From Schizosaccharomyces osmophilus (lineage: Eukaryota), in NCBI RefSeq assembly GCF_027921745.1, contig NC_079238.1, forward strand, positions 4,960,001 through 5,024,000: 64,000 bases of DNA. The letters are read 5' to 3'. A model generated the notes under the pieces. That model ran no database searches, had not been told where the DNA came from, and saw only the letters and a program-made list of their open reading frames with translations. The translations under genes were made by a program, and so were the position numbers. Positions 11,897 to 24,151 of this stretch are shown here, in pieces. The first letter of the stretch is position 1; each line of letters begins with the position of its first letter.

Positions 11897-12288
11897 CGCA
11901 GGAATCGAAAAAGCAGTTTTCCTGATTCCTGCGTTTAGTAAGGTGGTAAATTACGCCAACAGGTTAGTCTACAAGAGTGGAACCCTAAGTTGAGAATCAT
12001 TATAAATTTCCAGTAATTTTAATACAGAAAAAATAGTATAAATTTTTCTTTCGTGCATTGTTTGCTTGTTCTAGCCGGTTCTGTAAAATTTATGTTTCAT
12101 GAATTAAAGAAAGCATATATGTATCATACGCAAAAATATATTTTTGATAATTAATTTGAAAAATGAAGGAATAAAATAGAACATTACCCTGAAAGCAAAA
12201 ACAAATCCCATAAGCCGAAACGAAAATACTATACAGTGTTCATGAAAACGTAGTCATCGAAAGCAGAGTGTTTACAACAACCAAGCAG

Positions 12289-14210
12289 TTAAAAGTTTTC
12301 AGGAAAACGGTTTCTAAACCGTATTTGCAAAAGTTTAGAAGATGACGGAGAATTCAAAACGAGGGAGTATAAAACAGGACTCTGGTGGTGAGCAAACGAG
12401 GATTCCAACTGCAAAGCTTTTCTGTCAAGCAATGCTGTTGTCCAGGCGGCATCGGACCCAATCAAAGTTTTGTTCGTAATAATAGCACTCAAGGGAGCAG
12501 GTTCATCTTCTGATCCGTTGCAGCATAAAACTTGCCATTCGACAGAAGCATTTCGAGGTAATTCTTCCACAAGTGCAATTGAAAGAGGGCAATCAATGTT
12601 TTTCAATTCTGTAAAATCAGTCCAAATTTTATTTATTAAAGAGGCATCCCTTGAGTCTTTAATATAAGCCAAACAGGTAACATAATGGCTCGCTTTCATT
12701 GCTGTTGCGACACGCACAGAGTGTTGAAGTGATAAAACCGCCTCTAAAACCGTATCTTGAGGTTGCAAATCCATAACGGAAGGAATTAATCCTATTTGTC
12801 CTGAAATGAACGTGACCCCATGTATTGAATTGGATTGTGAGTAGGGACCTATATTTGCAGGAGCCCAGTAGCTTTGGCCTTGAATGTGAAGGGTTTGTTT
12901 TCCGGCAGGATCTGCGGCAATACAAGTAAGAGTAATACGATGGCCATTGCTCAAGGGGGAGGCAATACAAGAACGACTTGGTGGATTGATGAAGTTAAAG
13001 TATGTTTGATAAACGCCATTTAAACTTGAAAACAGGCTCATAGATGATACCGCAATGAAAATAAAGCAAACATTTTTAGTAGTGTAGGAATGTTCAGCAA
13101 GAAGACCTGGTTTATATGTGTGTTAGTAAATTACTTTTTTTCGGATGCACATACCTTCCAAGTTTTGAAAGAGACTATTTGCTTCTTCTTCAAAGGAGTC
13201 AAACTTCGTACTTTTTGGAATAACATTTCCCAAGACCAGAAAAGGGCCTTTCTTTTGTTTGAAGATATGCTTTCGGATCGGAATAGGAACAGGCTGGACA
13301 GGTTCCTCTTCGTAGTTATCATATTCTTCATAATCATTTAAAATTTTTTCGTAGATAGATTGAAAATAGTCTTCTAGGAGAGCTTCCTTGGGGACCAAGG
13401 GTGTGCCTAATGAAACAGGCTTCCAATCGGGCTTTTCCTCCACATGAGCTATTGCTTTTAAATAACAGACTTCTCCAGAAGAATGTTCCACTATATGAGT
13501 GTCTGTCAACACGATTTTCTTTTGGAATAATGGACAGTCCAAGACTAATGTCTCGTATTCCCCGCCCTCACCACATGGGTGTAGATCAAATTTACTTTTC
13601 AAAGACATGAGCTTTTGCTGCATTTCTCCTAAAGTTTTGTTCAAATCTTTTCTGGTTAATCCAATGGCGGCGACCTTTATCAAAACTGCTTGTAGACCAG
13701 ATTGGATCATGTCATCTAATAATTTCGTTTGCTCCATTTGCCATAGGTACGAAAGACTAATAAGACCCAAACGTTTGCATACATGTTCTACGCGAGTTCT
13801 CTGATAAGTAGACAAAATGGCTCCTGTAGAAACGGCTTCCAAGTCAGGATGACATTCGAGCACACGCTTCAACAAGCGATATAAGTCTTCCGTTTCATCA
13901 TTGATAGTATAAGTATAGTCTAGGCTCTGATCAATACTGCTACCTCGGATTTCTTCTCTGTATAAAGGCAAATTTAAACACTCGGCATACAAAGGAATAA
14001 TATCGTGACCCACGCTTTGATACATAAACGAATCAATCTCATCTAAAAGAATTAATATATAGTTCATTCTGGGGACCAAACAGAGCAATTACCTTTTCCT
14101 CCTGCAGGGTACAGATTTCCTAAAGCTATAACCTCGTGTCCTAAGGACACACAATGCATTAAATTGTAGCAGCTATCTTTTCCGCCGCTAATCAAACCTA
14201 CTACTTTCAT
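12289..14210 (-). CDS. dph6: Diphthine-ammonia ligase with C-terminal RidA/YjgF-like domains, 2 introns
   Basis: Start MKVVGLISGGKDS (PP-loop) at 14210; DEIDSFMYQSVGH, GAILSTYQRTRVE, CGEGGEYET; C-terminal WAPANIGPYSQ and ISGQIGL RidA-like motifs. Confidence 0.93.
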
Positions 14211-14749
14211 TATTATTCATGAACTAGCTTTTCCAGCGGTCTCTGTTTTAATTCTTTTATTCGTACTTAGTTAGTTCCAAATTCCACTTCTATGGAATGG
14301 ATACTGTAGTCTGTTCAACGTCGCAATATATTGTGTAAACAAAGCCACTTTGCTCGATGAAAGAACAAAAGAGAATTGGTAAGAATACGAGGAATGTTTT
14401 TATTTTAGAATCATAAAGAACCATATCATTAAGGATAACTAATTGACTTGTTCAACATAATGAGTATTAGTAGCGAAAAGAAAAACAACAATAGATAGCA
14501 AACTGTTCCAAAAAAATAAAAAAATGATAAAAATCCAGAAAATTTGTGAAACCCAAATCTCTTAAATACTGGTTACAACAAGACAGTCTCTTTGAATTTT
14601 TGTAATGACATTTGTTTATAACCAAATTTAAAAAAGACAACTTTGATACCAAACAGACATCAAACTAAGGTCATTACATTATGCACTAAAGAGTAATTTC
14701 GGGTTCTTAGTTAATTTCAGCTATCCTTATTTTCCAAAGTGGCAGGCTT

Positions 14750-15790
14750 CTAACCTTTCTTTGGATAGGTTTTGTTTAGCCAGTCATTAAACAACTTGAC
14801 TTGTCGGGTAAGCAATTTTGTGAAAGTAGGACCTAAAAACCAACTCGATAGCATCTTTCCGTAATCATTTCGTACAGCACAAATCCATAAGACGCCATCG
14901 TCTTTTCCATCCTCTCGATACTTCTTGGAAACAAAATCCACCGATTCATAATAACCCGGAACCGCTTGTGAATTAGAAATAAAGGCGGGATTTGGATTTA
15001 TATATTGTACTGGTCTTTGTAACACGATAAAGGAATCGGGATCTAACATAACGGATATAACAAGCTGCTTGTAAATCCGATTCCTACAGAACCAAGGTGT
15101 TTTAAACCTATACATCCAGACTACAACTAATTAGTATCATTTTCAAATTGATGATTAAAATAAGAGCTGCCAGTAGAAGAATAGAGTAAGCATAATGTTA
15201 AAATGGAAACACCTGCTTTCTACTATCTAGTTCATTCAATCATACCTTCAATCTCATCCTCAATAATGGTTTCCAACTGGCTTGCCGAAAAAACGAGAGG
15301 ATCATAACATTCTTCTTTTTTTATATGCTCGTACAACAGACCTTTCTAGACATTTGGTAAGTTGGTGGTTCCGAGAATGGCCTGCCAGAGTAACACTTGA
15401 AGTAAAAAACATGCATACAAAAAACCAATCTGAAATTTGATTGCAGTATATTCATATATTCATACATTCCCAATGGTTCTGAACTATCTATTCAAATGCT
15501 TTCACCCTCATGGCTTGACCATACAAACGTACCTTGAAAGTTTTCAGGGATCTTTTATGTCTCGATACACGCCCATACCAGGTATTACCTCCATTAGGAG
15601 GAGCCTTTTCGTATAAAGCAACACCGTCGTGGCTTCCAAGAGACTTCCACCGAGGAATTTCCTCAACGAGTCTTAAAGCGTCTTGGATAAGTTTTTCTCG
15701 CCAACGTTCAAAATTTGGATCGGTAGCTTTTAAAACGTCGTTAGATATCAGCGGTTGTATCACTTCTGACCCAAAAAAATCCTCTTGCAT
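14750..15790 (-). CDS. DUF3074-type (START-like) conserved fungal protein, spliced
   Basis: Two ORF-track pieces are joined through a middle exon (KGLLYEHIKKEECYDP) by GT-AG introns. WYGRVSRH and GYYESVDFV motifs. Position matches S. pombe SPBC577.11 as recalled. Confidence 0.7.
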
Positions 15791-16890
15791 TCAATTGTGG
15801 TGCTTGGTAGTTGGTGAGTACCCGAGCGCACAATCCTACTGGGAAGTTTTCTGGAACTCTTCTCTCAAACTGTTGGTATGCAATCTTCGTGGAATCATTT
15901 AATCTTGCTTGAAGTGAATTGATGTTTATACGGCCGTAATGCTTGTAGCTAGGGCCATACTAATTTTTCAGTGAAACACTCGAGATTACAAGGAAATTTT
16001 AGGGCCATTTATTCATTGAATTTTCAATGAATAAAAAAATAAAAAAAAAACCAATCCGTTCGCAGTGGAATTACTTTAATGTATTTAGCCATACATGTGG
16101 GACAAGCTGCTAGTTGAATCGGGCTCAAACTTGGAAAAGGATGAAAATGATATATCAATTCTTCATTTCTGTGAAAACTCTTCAGTCAGGATCAATTCTA
16201 AAAATACTTTGTTTCTCGTTCACCAGATCATGCATGTTACATACAATTGGAAAGTTATCATAGCTTGCTAGTGTTGCCAGTTTTTTCTCTTTCACTTGAA
16301 CATGTCTACAAAGATCAAATGACTTGTGTGTCTGTCTGTAGCTGCTAACACTTAAGACATGCTATTACTTTATTTCTCTAGCTTTTCTATTCAGAATTCT
16401 CTAGAGCCATTTTCCAAGAAGTCTGGTTTCGTATCGTATCACCATCAACATTATTTTCTGACTGTTTTCCCTTATAGTAATTTGCACTGTCAAGTTATTT
16501 GAGTCACTCTTTATACTTTTCCTGATGACCTTTTCGTATCCTGACTATTCCCAAAAGCAACTGAGCGAATGAAGACGGTTCGCGAATTTCCAGCTTTTCC
16601 AATTGTGCATTCTCTCTTATCAATAGACTCAAACCTTTCTAATTTATTTTCTTAAATCCTCGTCCTTCTCGAAAACGACAGCTATGATACCAAAAGACAA
16701 GCAAAACATCTTTTGTTTATACCCTGTTTCCAGTTTCGCTTAACTAAAACTCAAATTCGCAATTGTAAATCTTAAAACTTTGTTTTTTAAGCGAGTTTAC
16801 GAAGCGAAGGTTCTCACAAGCCATTGTCTTTCCAACAGGCTTCCTCTTCCTCTTCATTCTCTTTTTTTTTTAAAAAGGCAAAGGATCATC

Positions 16891-18117
16891 ATGACAATTA
16901 AAGTTGAAAATACTAGTATTCACGACTCCCTGCTTTTTGACCCCATAAAGGTCGGGAATATGGAACTTCAACATCGCATCGTGCATGCTCCGGCTACCCG
17001 GCTGCGCTGTCATGAAGATGGAATGGTAATGACAGATTTGGTAAAGGAATATTACAGCCAAAGAAGTGCTATACCTGGAACATTTCTTATTACAGAGTCT
17101 ATTTTCTCTGGTCCAAAGTCAGGTGGATTCACGAATATCCCTTGCCTGTATAATGAAAAGCATGTTGAAGCATGGAGGCCGATTGTTAAGGCCATTCACG
17201 AAAAGAAATGCTTTGTATTCATGCAATTTTGGAATCTTCCAGGAGAATTGAAGCCAGAGTATCTCGTTGATCAAGAAAACCTGGAAAATATTAGCCATGG
17301 AGAATGTCCCATGGATCCAACAGGACTACCAGCAGCCTTGGGCAGTGTCTATTCCATCTGTGGAGAAGAATTGTATATGGATAAGTATATGAACAAGTCT
17401 TCTATTGATGAGCATATCGCAGAGTACACCGAGGCCGCCAAACGGGCTGTATTTGGATGCGGTGCAGATGGTATAGAAGTTCACCAAGTTAACGGATTTT
17501 TACTCGACAAATTTGTCTTAAATGGTTTTGGTGAAAAGTGCGATCCAAACTACAGAGGCACATTAGAAAACCGAGTTCGATTTTGTTTGGAACTTCTTGG
17601 GTCAGTTGTCAAAGCAATTGGACAAGAAAGAGTAGGTTACCGCATATCGCCATACTCAGATATTTGGAAATCCAAGGATCATGTGGAAGCGCACGTGTAT
17701 GTGGTCCAGAAACTTCGAGAAAATTTCAAAAAGCTTGCTTATTTGCATGTGATAGAACCTCGAACATATTGGACAGGCCATCAGCATATTCTTCGAGAAC
17801 AAAATTCCCTCGAGTACCAAAAGCTATGGAAACAACCACTCTTGAGTGCCGGAGGACATGATCAGAATTCCGCTTTGCAATTGACAACCCAAGACAATGT
17901 TTTGGCAGTCTTTGGAAGATATTTTTTGGCCAATCCAGATTTGCCGTTTCGTCTCAAATACAATATTCCCCTAAATCGATGGAATCGCGCCAGGTTTTAT
18001 ACCAAAAAGAGCCCGGAGGGCTATATCGATTACCCATTTTGTGACGAATTTTTGAGCAAGGCATTAAAAGTCGAAAATGAAAAACATCCTTCGGAAAAGC
18101 AAGAATCCAAGAATTAA
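16891..18117 (+). CDS. Old Yellow Enzyme family NADH:flavin oxidoreductase
   Basis: [71 protein letters not shown]. First ATG at 16891. Confidence 0.93.
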   Translation: MTIKVENTSIHDSLLFDPIKVGNMELQHRIVHAPATRLRCHEDGMVMTDLVKEYYSQRSAIPGTFLITESIFSGPKSGGFTNIPCLYNEKHVEAWRPIVKAIHEKKCFVFMQFWNLPGELKPEYLVDQENLENISHGECPMDPTGLPAALGSVYSICGEELYMDKYMNKSSIDEHIAEYTEAAKRAVFGCGADGIEVHQVNGFLLDKFVLNGFGEKCDPNYRGTLENRVRFCLELLGSVVKAIGQERVGYRISPYSDIWKSKDHVEAHVYVVQKLRENFKKLAYLHVIEPRTYWTGHQHILREQNSLEYQKLWKQPLLSAGGHDQNSALQLTTQDNVLAVFGRYFLANPDLPFRLKYNIPLNRWNRARFYTKKSPEGYIDYPFCDEFLSKALKVENEKHPSEKQESKN

Positions 18118-19172
18118 CCTTGTTTAGATCTATCGACTGAGCCGTATATTTTCATTCACTAGCATATGCCTTGTCCCCAATTCCCATTTTTTCGTCCACA
18201 AGAAACCACGAATGTCCCCAGACTCCCTATCAAGAGATCCTTCAATCTTTTCGGTAAGAATAGTACTTTGCTTTTGCCAATTCTATTTTATTTTATTTTA
18301 TTTTTCTACTCTTCAATTATCGTATTATTGTTCAATTTTTTTTCAATTTTGTCACTTGCTGTTCCCTAAAAGCTATTTGAGGAATCTCAAAGTCCACTCT
18401 AGTTTCAAGATTGTTTTGACATTGGTACTGAAATCATTGCAATAAAAGAATGAAATGCTAATATAAGCATTTCAACCATTTTAAATCTTTACAGAAACAA
18501 AACATTCAATCAAACTTATAGCCTCATAAAACCAGAGAGAGAAAGTCCTTCTATAAGTATACCTTAGACTTATTATGTTTTATGATCATAACGGTCATAA
18601 ACGAGATCTCATTTTTTATGAGAGTAAGTATTCGGAGGAAATTTAATTTACAGTTTTAAAAGGAAATTAAATTTAAAATTGGATGCTTTGGTACTACTTG
18701 GATTGAATAGCAATAGCTCCCAGGGATCTGATTCACTAAGCAAATTGTATGAACAATTTATTTTAGCTAGATCAGTCAAATCTTCCAATCTGAACATTTG
18801 CCAGGCAATTTGCATTTTTATAATTTGTAATAAAGTTTTCGTCTAAAACTATTTTCTTTGTCTTCTTTCAACTCTTTGTCTAAACAGTTTCTTTGTTTAT
18901 TCATTACTTTGATGAATCCTTATTGCCATAATATCACGACGTTATTAATATCGTAAATGGGTTATGACAATAACGTTCTTTATCAATATGTTCTTTTACA
19001 AATTGGTGTAGGATTTTCTTATGTGTTAGACTCTGATTCTTGAAACTCTGACTATAGCAGATCCCATTGAGCAAAGGAAAGCCTTTTCGAACTTTGCTTT
19101 AAGGACTTCGGCGAGTAGCAAAGGAAAGGAATATATATTTGTAAAGAAATATTTGAAAACAAAAACGAAAGA

Positions 19173-20225
19173 ATGGAAAGTGAATTTAAGCAAGAAGACC
19201 AAGTTGAGTTGAAACGCTCAACAAAGAAACGCGTTTTATCTATTGATATCCCTCAATTTGCTACAGATTTACTCGAGAAATTAAAGGAAAAATATATCTT
19301 TGACTTTATTGTGCCGGACCCGCATAGTCGAGAGGAAACGATCAAAAAAATCCACAAAGCCGCAGAAAGAAATACATATGATGCGTGTTTTTGGGTTTTT
19401 AAGAATGCTCCTATATCCCCCTTTACTAAGGAAATGCTCGGTCCTCTAATGCCTAGCTGTCGCTTGTTCATTACAGGAGCTGCTGGATATGACGATTTAG
19501 ACATTGAATGGATGGCAGCCAATGGTGCCTATGCTGCCAATGCCCAAAATGCTCCTACAGAAGGCACAGCCATCATGAATCTTTTGCTGTTTCTTTCTGT
19601 TCTGCGTGGATCACGAGAAGCAGAGCAAACCATGCGTTCTGGTAAATGGCACGGAAATTTGCCATTAATGGAAGATCCCAGAGGTAAAATAGTAGGCATT
19701 ATCGGGATGGGTGCCATTGGGAAATCGTTTGCCCAAAAGATTATCTCTCTCGGTGGTAGGGTCATTTATAACAACAGAACACGTCTATCCAAAGAAGAAG
19801 AGGAATCGTTAGATGTTCAATACGTAAATTTTGACGAATTACTTACTACAAGCGATGTTATTAGTGTTAACTGTCCTCTCACGCTGTCTACGAAAAACTT
19901 GCTTTCTAAAAATGAATTTCAAAAAATGAAAGATGGTGTTTACATTCTTAATACTGCTCGTGGAAATATTATTGATGAAGAAGCTTTCATTGAAGCCATC
20001 CAGTCTGGAAAAGTAAGTCGAGCTGGTTTAGACGTTTTTGTTAATGAGCCGAGTCCTAATCCATTTTGGTTGACATGCGACAAAGTTACTGTTCAGCCTC
20101 ATTGGGGAGGCTTTACTACTTCTACTGCTGTCAAGGTTGAAGAAGCCATCTTGGAAAACATTGACACATTCTTTAAAACGGGAAGGCCCTTGAACCCCGT
20201 TAATACTCCTGCCATCCAACTTTGA
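19173..20225 (+). CDS. D-isomer-specific 2-hydroxyacid dehydrogenase (glyoxylate reductase / D-mandelate dehydrogenase-like)
   Basis: AGYD, Rossmann GIIGMGAIG, NTARG, GLDVFVNEP and PHWGG catalytic motifs. Confidence 0.92.
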   Translation: MESEFKQEDQVELKRSTKKRVLSIDIPQFATDLLEKLKEKYIFDFIVPDPHSREETIKKIHKAAERNTYDACFWVFKNAPISPFTKEMLGPLMPSCRLFITGAAGYDDLDIEWMAANGAYAANAQNAPTEGTAIMNLLLFLSVLRGSREAEQTMRSGKWHGNLPLMEDPRGKIVGIIGMGAIGKSFAQKIISLGGRVIYNNRTRLSKEEEESLDVQYVNFDELLTTSDVISVNCPLTLSTKNLLSKNEFQKMKDGVYILNTARGNIIDEEAFIEAIQSGKVSRAGLDVFVNEPSPNPFWLTCDKVTVQPHWGGFTTSTAVKVEEAILENIDTFFKTGRPLNPVNTPAIQL

Positions 20226-20779
20226 AAGGACTCTTGAATTGGTCTTGTTGATATGCAAGTAATGATTGACTAACTTATGAGATCCTACATGTTTTAACCA
20301 TCATAAGGCATTTGTATCCAAATGTTTTCTCTATTGTATTTATTGTTTTTTTTTACTTTTAAAACTATATTAACTGATGGAATATTGAATAATTTTCACA
20401 CACTAGCAACATTTTCATAGGAGAGACTCTAGGAGAAACTTTTCCTTTTGAAAAAATATGTGCTTGTTAATAAAGGAAGTTTAAACTATGGATTTTAATT
20501 GCTTAGTTATCTTGAGAAGCTATTATGCATGCCCCATTCAAATGATTATTCCTGTTGCAGACTTCAGCTTGAAAGGGTTAATTCAAACCACTCTGCAACC
20601 TTCTTTTTATTTACACAACCCATAAAGCTTATATCAGTGTTTAACTTTTAAAATCAAGTTTACATACATTCTTTTGCTTTGAAAATTCAACTCTATACTT
20701 GATATTTTCATATGCTATCCAAACCATCTTGTCACTCTTCACTTTCATAATTCTCTGACATTACAAACTCATATCTAAA

Positions 20780-21568
20780 TTATACTTCTTGCGTGCCATA
20801 ACCATACTGCTTTTCAGCAAAAGCCCATTCAGAGGAAACGGACTGGTTGGTTTGGAAATCGACGCCACCTGCTGTAATGGTAGCAACGCTAAATTTGTTC
20901 AAACTTCTTCCATCACGGTAGTAAAGAACGCGAATACAGTCATCTATGGCTGCGCGAGCGCGCTCCTTTGACAAAGTTTTCCAGCGGTCATCGTCAGTCA
21001 CCTTACGTAACATCGGAAGGGCAAGATGAATCGCAAATCCTGTAGCAATTGCAGGTGCAGTATAAGTGTTACCACGTAGGTCAGCAAAAGCTACAAAAGG
21101 TTCTTTTTCATCTCCATCGACGCCAGCAACAATGGCCTGGTTCCAGTAAGGATCCATTTTATTACGACGAGCATAAAATACTCTAGACAAATATTCATGG
21201 ATATGGGATGGTTGTAATGCATAACCGTCTCCATAGTTATTTTCTTTTATCTCAAGATCCTCGAGGGTTCTTTGGATATGCTGATAATCTGAAACGTCGC
21301 CCCCAATACCGACGATTGTATTGTTTCCAACCTTTGTGAGACGTTCTACATCAAAAAAGCGAGCCAAAGATCCATAAGATGCTAAGTTATCAGCAGCAAT
21401 CATAACACCATCTGCGTATTTCAATGCAATTACGGAGGCACCTGTGACTATAGGTTGAGTAGTTCGTGAAATCACTGGCGCAGCATTTTGTTGAACATCA
21501 TTAGATGTAGGGAAAAAAATATTTCTGCTAGGTTTGCCCCAAGGCTCTGTTAATTCTAAGAAACTCAT
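20780..21568 (-). CDS. pre4: 20S proteasome beta-7 subunit
   Basis: TTQPIVTGASVIALKY, ADNLASYGSLARF, YARRNKMDPYWN, RVLYYRD. Confidence 0.96.
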   Translation of the reverse strand: MSFLELTEPWGKPSRNIFFPTSNDVQQNAAPVISRTTQPIVTGASVIALKYADGVMIAADNLASYGSLARFFDVERLTKVGNNTIVGIGGDVSDYQHIQRTLEDLEIKENNYGDGYALQPSHIHEYLSRVFYARRNKMDPYWNQAIVAGVDGDEKEPFVAFADLRGNTYTAPAIATGFAIHLALPMLRKVTDDDRWKTLSKERARAAIDDCIRVLYYRDGRSLNKFSVATITAGGVDFQTNQSVSSEWAFAEKQYGYGTQEV

Positions 21569-22255
21569 TTTTGTTGAATGAGGTAGTGTTGGTTCTTGGC
21601 AGGTCTTCCACCACCAAGCCGTTAGTACCTATGCTAAGGATGGGTTTGGCCTTCCCTGGATAGATTGAAGTTTGAGTTTAAAAAAATGTTTTTTTTATTG
21701 TTTAAATTTCATTACATTTTTTTATCCCGACAGGTGTCTACTGGATGACAAATTAGCTGACATGCCAAGGTTTCTGATCGCTTTTCTGGATCATTACCGT
21801 TTACCGCTAGAAACTGATGGCTTATATTTGAAAAAAGGAGATGAATTATTATTCTTGGCTCTTGGTATGGTTATTTCCCTCATTTACGCCAAAAATCATT
21901 TTTCCTTATGATGTTAACATAAAGCTACAAAGCTTGAGATCTTTCTCTAGGATTTTATGTTGATTTTCCATTTACTTTCTCATACTATGCAGCTGTATAG
22001 TGTTTTGACAATTGAGAGAATTTTAGATCAAAGTGCAGCATAAAAAAGAGTTCCATTGCAGCGTGTCTGGGATTGTGCTGCTTAAAGATCGCTTGCAGAA
22101 CTAGATAGTAGCTCTTTGTTCAGGCATTTACCTTTTCAGTTTGTTCTTTTCAAGTCAAGTTTTAGCTTACTCTGTTGTTTGTTTGTTTGTTTGCTATCTA
22201 CTTTATTTACTTTTCTTTATTTGTTGTTCCAAACGGGCATGTTAAGGCGAAGTCT

Positions 22256-22269
22256 TTTTGTTTGTTTAC
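22256..22269 (-). promoter_or_regulatory. FLEX (forkhead/Mei4) element GTAAACAAACAAAA
   Basis: Plus strand TTTTGTTTGTTTAC lies 85 bp upstream of the ATG at 22354. Further forkhead-like sites: GTAAATA (22204-22210) and a (GTTT)n run (about 22173-22194). Confidence 0.65.
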
Positions 22270-22353
22270 AATGATTGAATTTCTTTTATATATATAGGAA
22301 CTGTTTCTCGTTTTTTTTCTCTATTATTCCAATCAATTTTTAAGCTGGTCAAA

Positions 22354-23874
22354 ATGAAGATCACTGAAACTCCTTCCGTCATTTTGTGCTCTTTCCAGAA
22401 GCTAGCTAAATCTTGCGAAGCATTTCTAACTAAATATGCCGTCCAGCCTTTGAATACTTTATTCTCAAAGAAATCTAAATCAGAAACAAAACCAGAATCC
22501 TCGGAAATGCCGGCACCTATTGCTAAACCTGCCGACACAGTTGAATACGCTGAAAGCGACAACCAAAGATATCAGAAATTACAGACTCCTCATGCTCCTT
22601 TGTTAGAAACTGAAACTATGAAAGTTACCAATGATACCAGGGCAACTTATGAGGATGCTTCCTATGAAAATAACTGTCACTTACAAGATGAAGAATCCAT
22701 TAACGTTGATTCAGTAGAGGTTTTAATCGAAAGTCAAAACGATGCTTACTTAAGCAACAAATCTGTCCCAGAACGTTCATCTTCAGTCACCACAGATGCC
22801 ATCGCTACCACGAAGTTATCAGCATCTCACTCGAATTGTTCCCTAAATGAAATGGACCCCATAGATCCAATTCTGATTGAACAATCCCTCATGAAAATCT
22901 TATATAAGGGTGTTCGTCCCTTTGATACAGATGAACAATGTGTTGCAAAAAATAACAACGAGCCTGCGCCAAAATCTAACAATGCTCTTAAGGATAAAAG
23001 CGCAACTAATACCATGAAAAATATCTTGACTGACCACAAAAACATGGACACCAAATATAGAAACAGTGAAAAGTCAAATATAGATTACAAACGATTGAAG
23101 TCATGTCAAGATAAATATGCAGTGCATAATTCGCCTTTTGATGATATGAATTTTGAAATCGATGCCCAGTATGATACAGAAAACAAAAACGTTTTCCTCG
23201 CAATCCCAGAGCCTCAGTATACCCTACCATCAAAAATACATTTTGAAGATCAAACGAATGAACAGCAATATCTTTATGAGGATGATTTTGGCATGTTTGA
23301 GATTAATCCGTTGTCTTCAACCAGTGATATGGAAAATGACTTGACAAGTGGAAGTGAACAACTTTGGACAGTCAAGGCAGAGTCGATGTTTTTAGATGAC
23401 GGCAATTGTGATATTGAAGAAACAATTGAATCCACTACAGTCGAAGTTGCACGAGAATCGCCTTGTAAAGAAGCACACTCTGAATCACTACACACTGGCC
23501 TAGGGCATGGAACTACAAAATCTGATGTTCTCAACCAAAGTACAGACGTTATTATACCAGGGCTTGTGAATTCTGGAATTAGTGCTGAAGAATACCCACT
23601 CTCAACACCGAGTCTTAAAATGAGTATGTCACCAGCAAAAGCAGCTCTCTCATATTTAATGCTGGGTCATGTTATATACTATATTTACCTTTTTATTCAG
23701 TGGATGCTGGACTCAACAGAAAGGCCATTTATCTTTTCCCTGTTACTCTCTGTAATTTTTTTAAAAAGATTCTCTAGTGTTACAAGTCTACAAAACTGCG
23801 CTGCTACTCAAACTTTCAAATCATGCGTAAAACTGGTTACTTCAAAGATCTCATTTTTTAGAATGAAAAAGTAG
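22354..23874 (+). CDS. Orphan 506-aa acidic low-complexity protein with C-terminal hydrophobic (probable membrane) segments
   Basis: Uninterrupted 1.5-kb ORF with a TATA-like run upstream. No domain I recognise. Hydrophobic AALSYLMLGHVIYYIYLFIQWML and PFIFSLLLSVIFL, then a basic tail. Confidence 0.75.
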   Translation: MKITETPSVILCSFQKLAKSCEAFLTKYAVQPLNTLFSKKSKSETKPESSEMPAPIAKPADTVEYAESDNQRYQKLQTPHAPLLETETMKVTNDTRATYEDASYENNCHLQDEESINVDSVEVLIESQNDAYLSNKSVPERSSSVTTDAIATTKLSASHSNCSLNEMDPIDPILIEQSLMKILYKGVRPFDTDEQCVAKNNNEPAPKSNNALKDKSATNTMKNILTDHKNMDTKYRNSEKSNIDYKRLKSCQDKYAVHNSPFDDMNFEIDAQYDTENKNVFLAIPEPQYTLPSKIHFEDQTNEQQYLYEDDFGMFEINPLSSTSDMENDLTSGSEQLWTVKAESMFLDDGNCDIEETIESTTVEVARESPCKEAHSESLHTGLGHGTTKSDVLNQSTDVIIPGLVNSGISAEEYPLSTPSLKMSMSPAKAALSYLMLGHVIYYIYLFIQWMLDSTERPFIFSLLLSVIFLKRFSSVTSLQNCAATQTFKSCVKLVTSKISFFRMKK

Positions 23875-24151
23875 TATTATACCAAAAAAAAAGAAAAGAA
23901 AAGAAAAGAGGGAGAAGATTACTAAAGAAAATTTGTTGCATGCGAGATGAATCAAATTGGACCGGATGAATCGATTATGGGAAATTAACCTTTCATCAAA
24001 CAAACTGTTGCTAAATCCTTTATGAGAATTATAAATGCTATTTTAATAAAAATGAACATAATTCAGCAAAATAAATAAATAAGCGTTTCACATTATTACC
24101 TTTATTTTGGATAATAGACGGTGAACACCAAAAGGCAAGTAAAAATGTTTT

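Noticed and set aside
12289..13300. RidA-like domains fused to Dph6
   Set aside because: Standard architecture of fungal Dph6.
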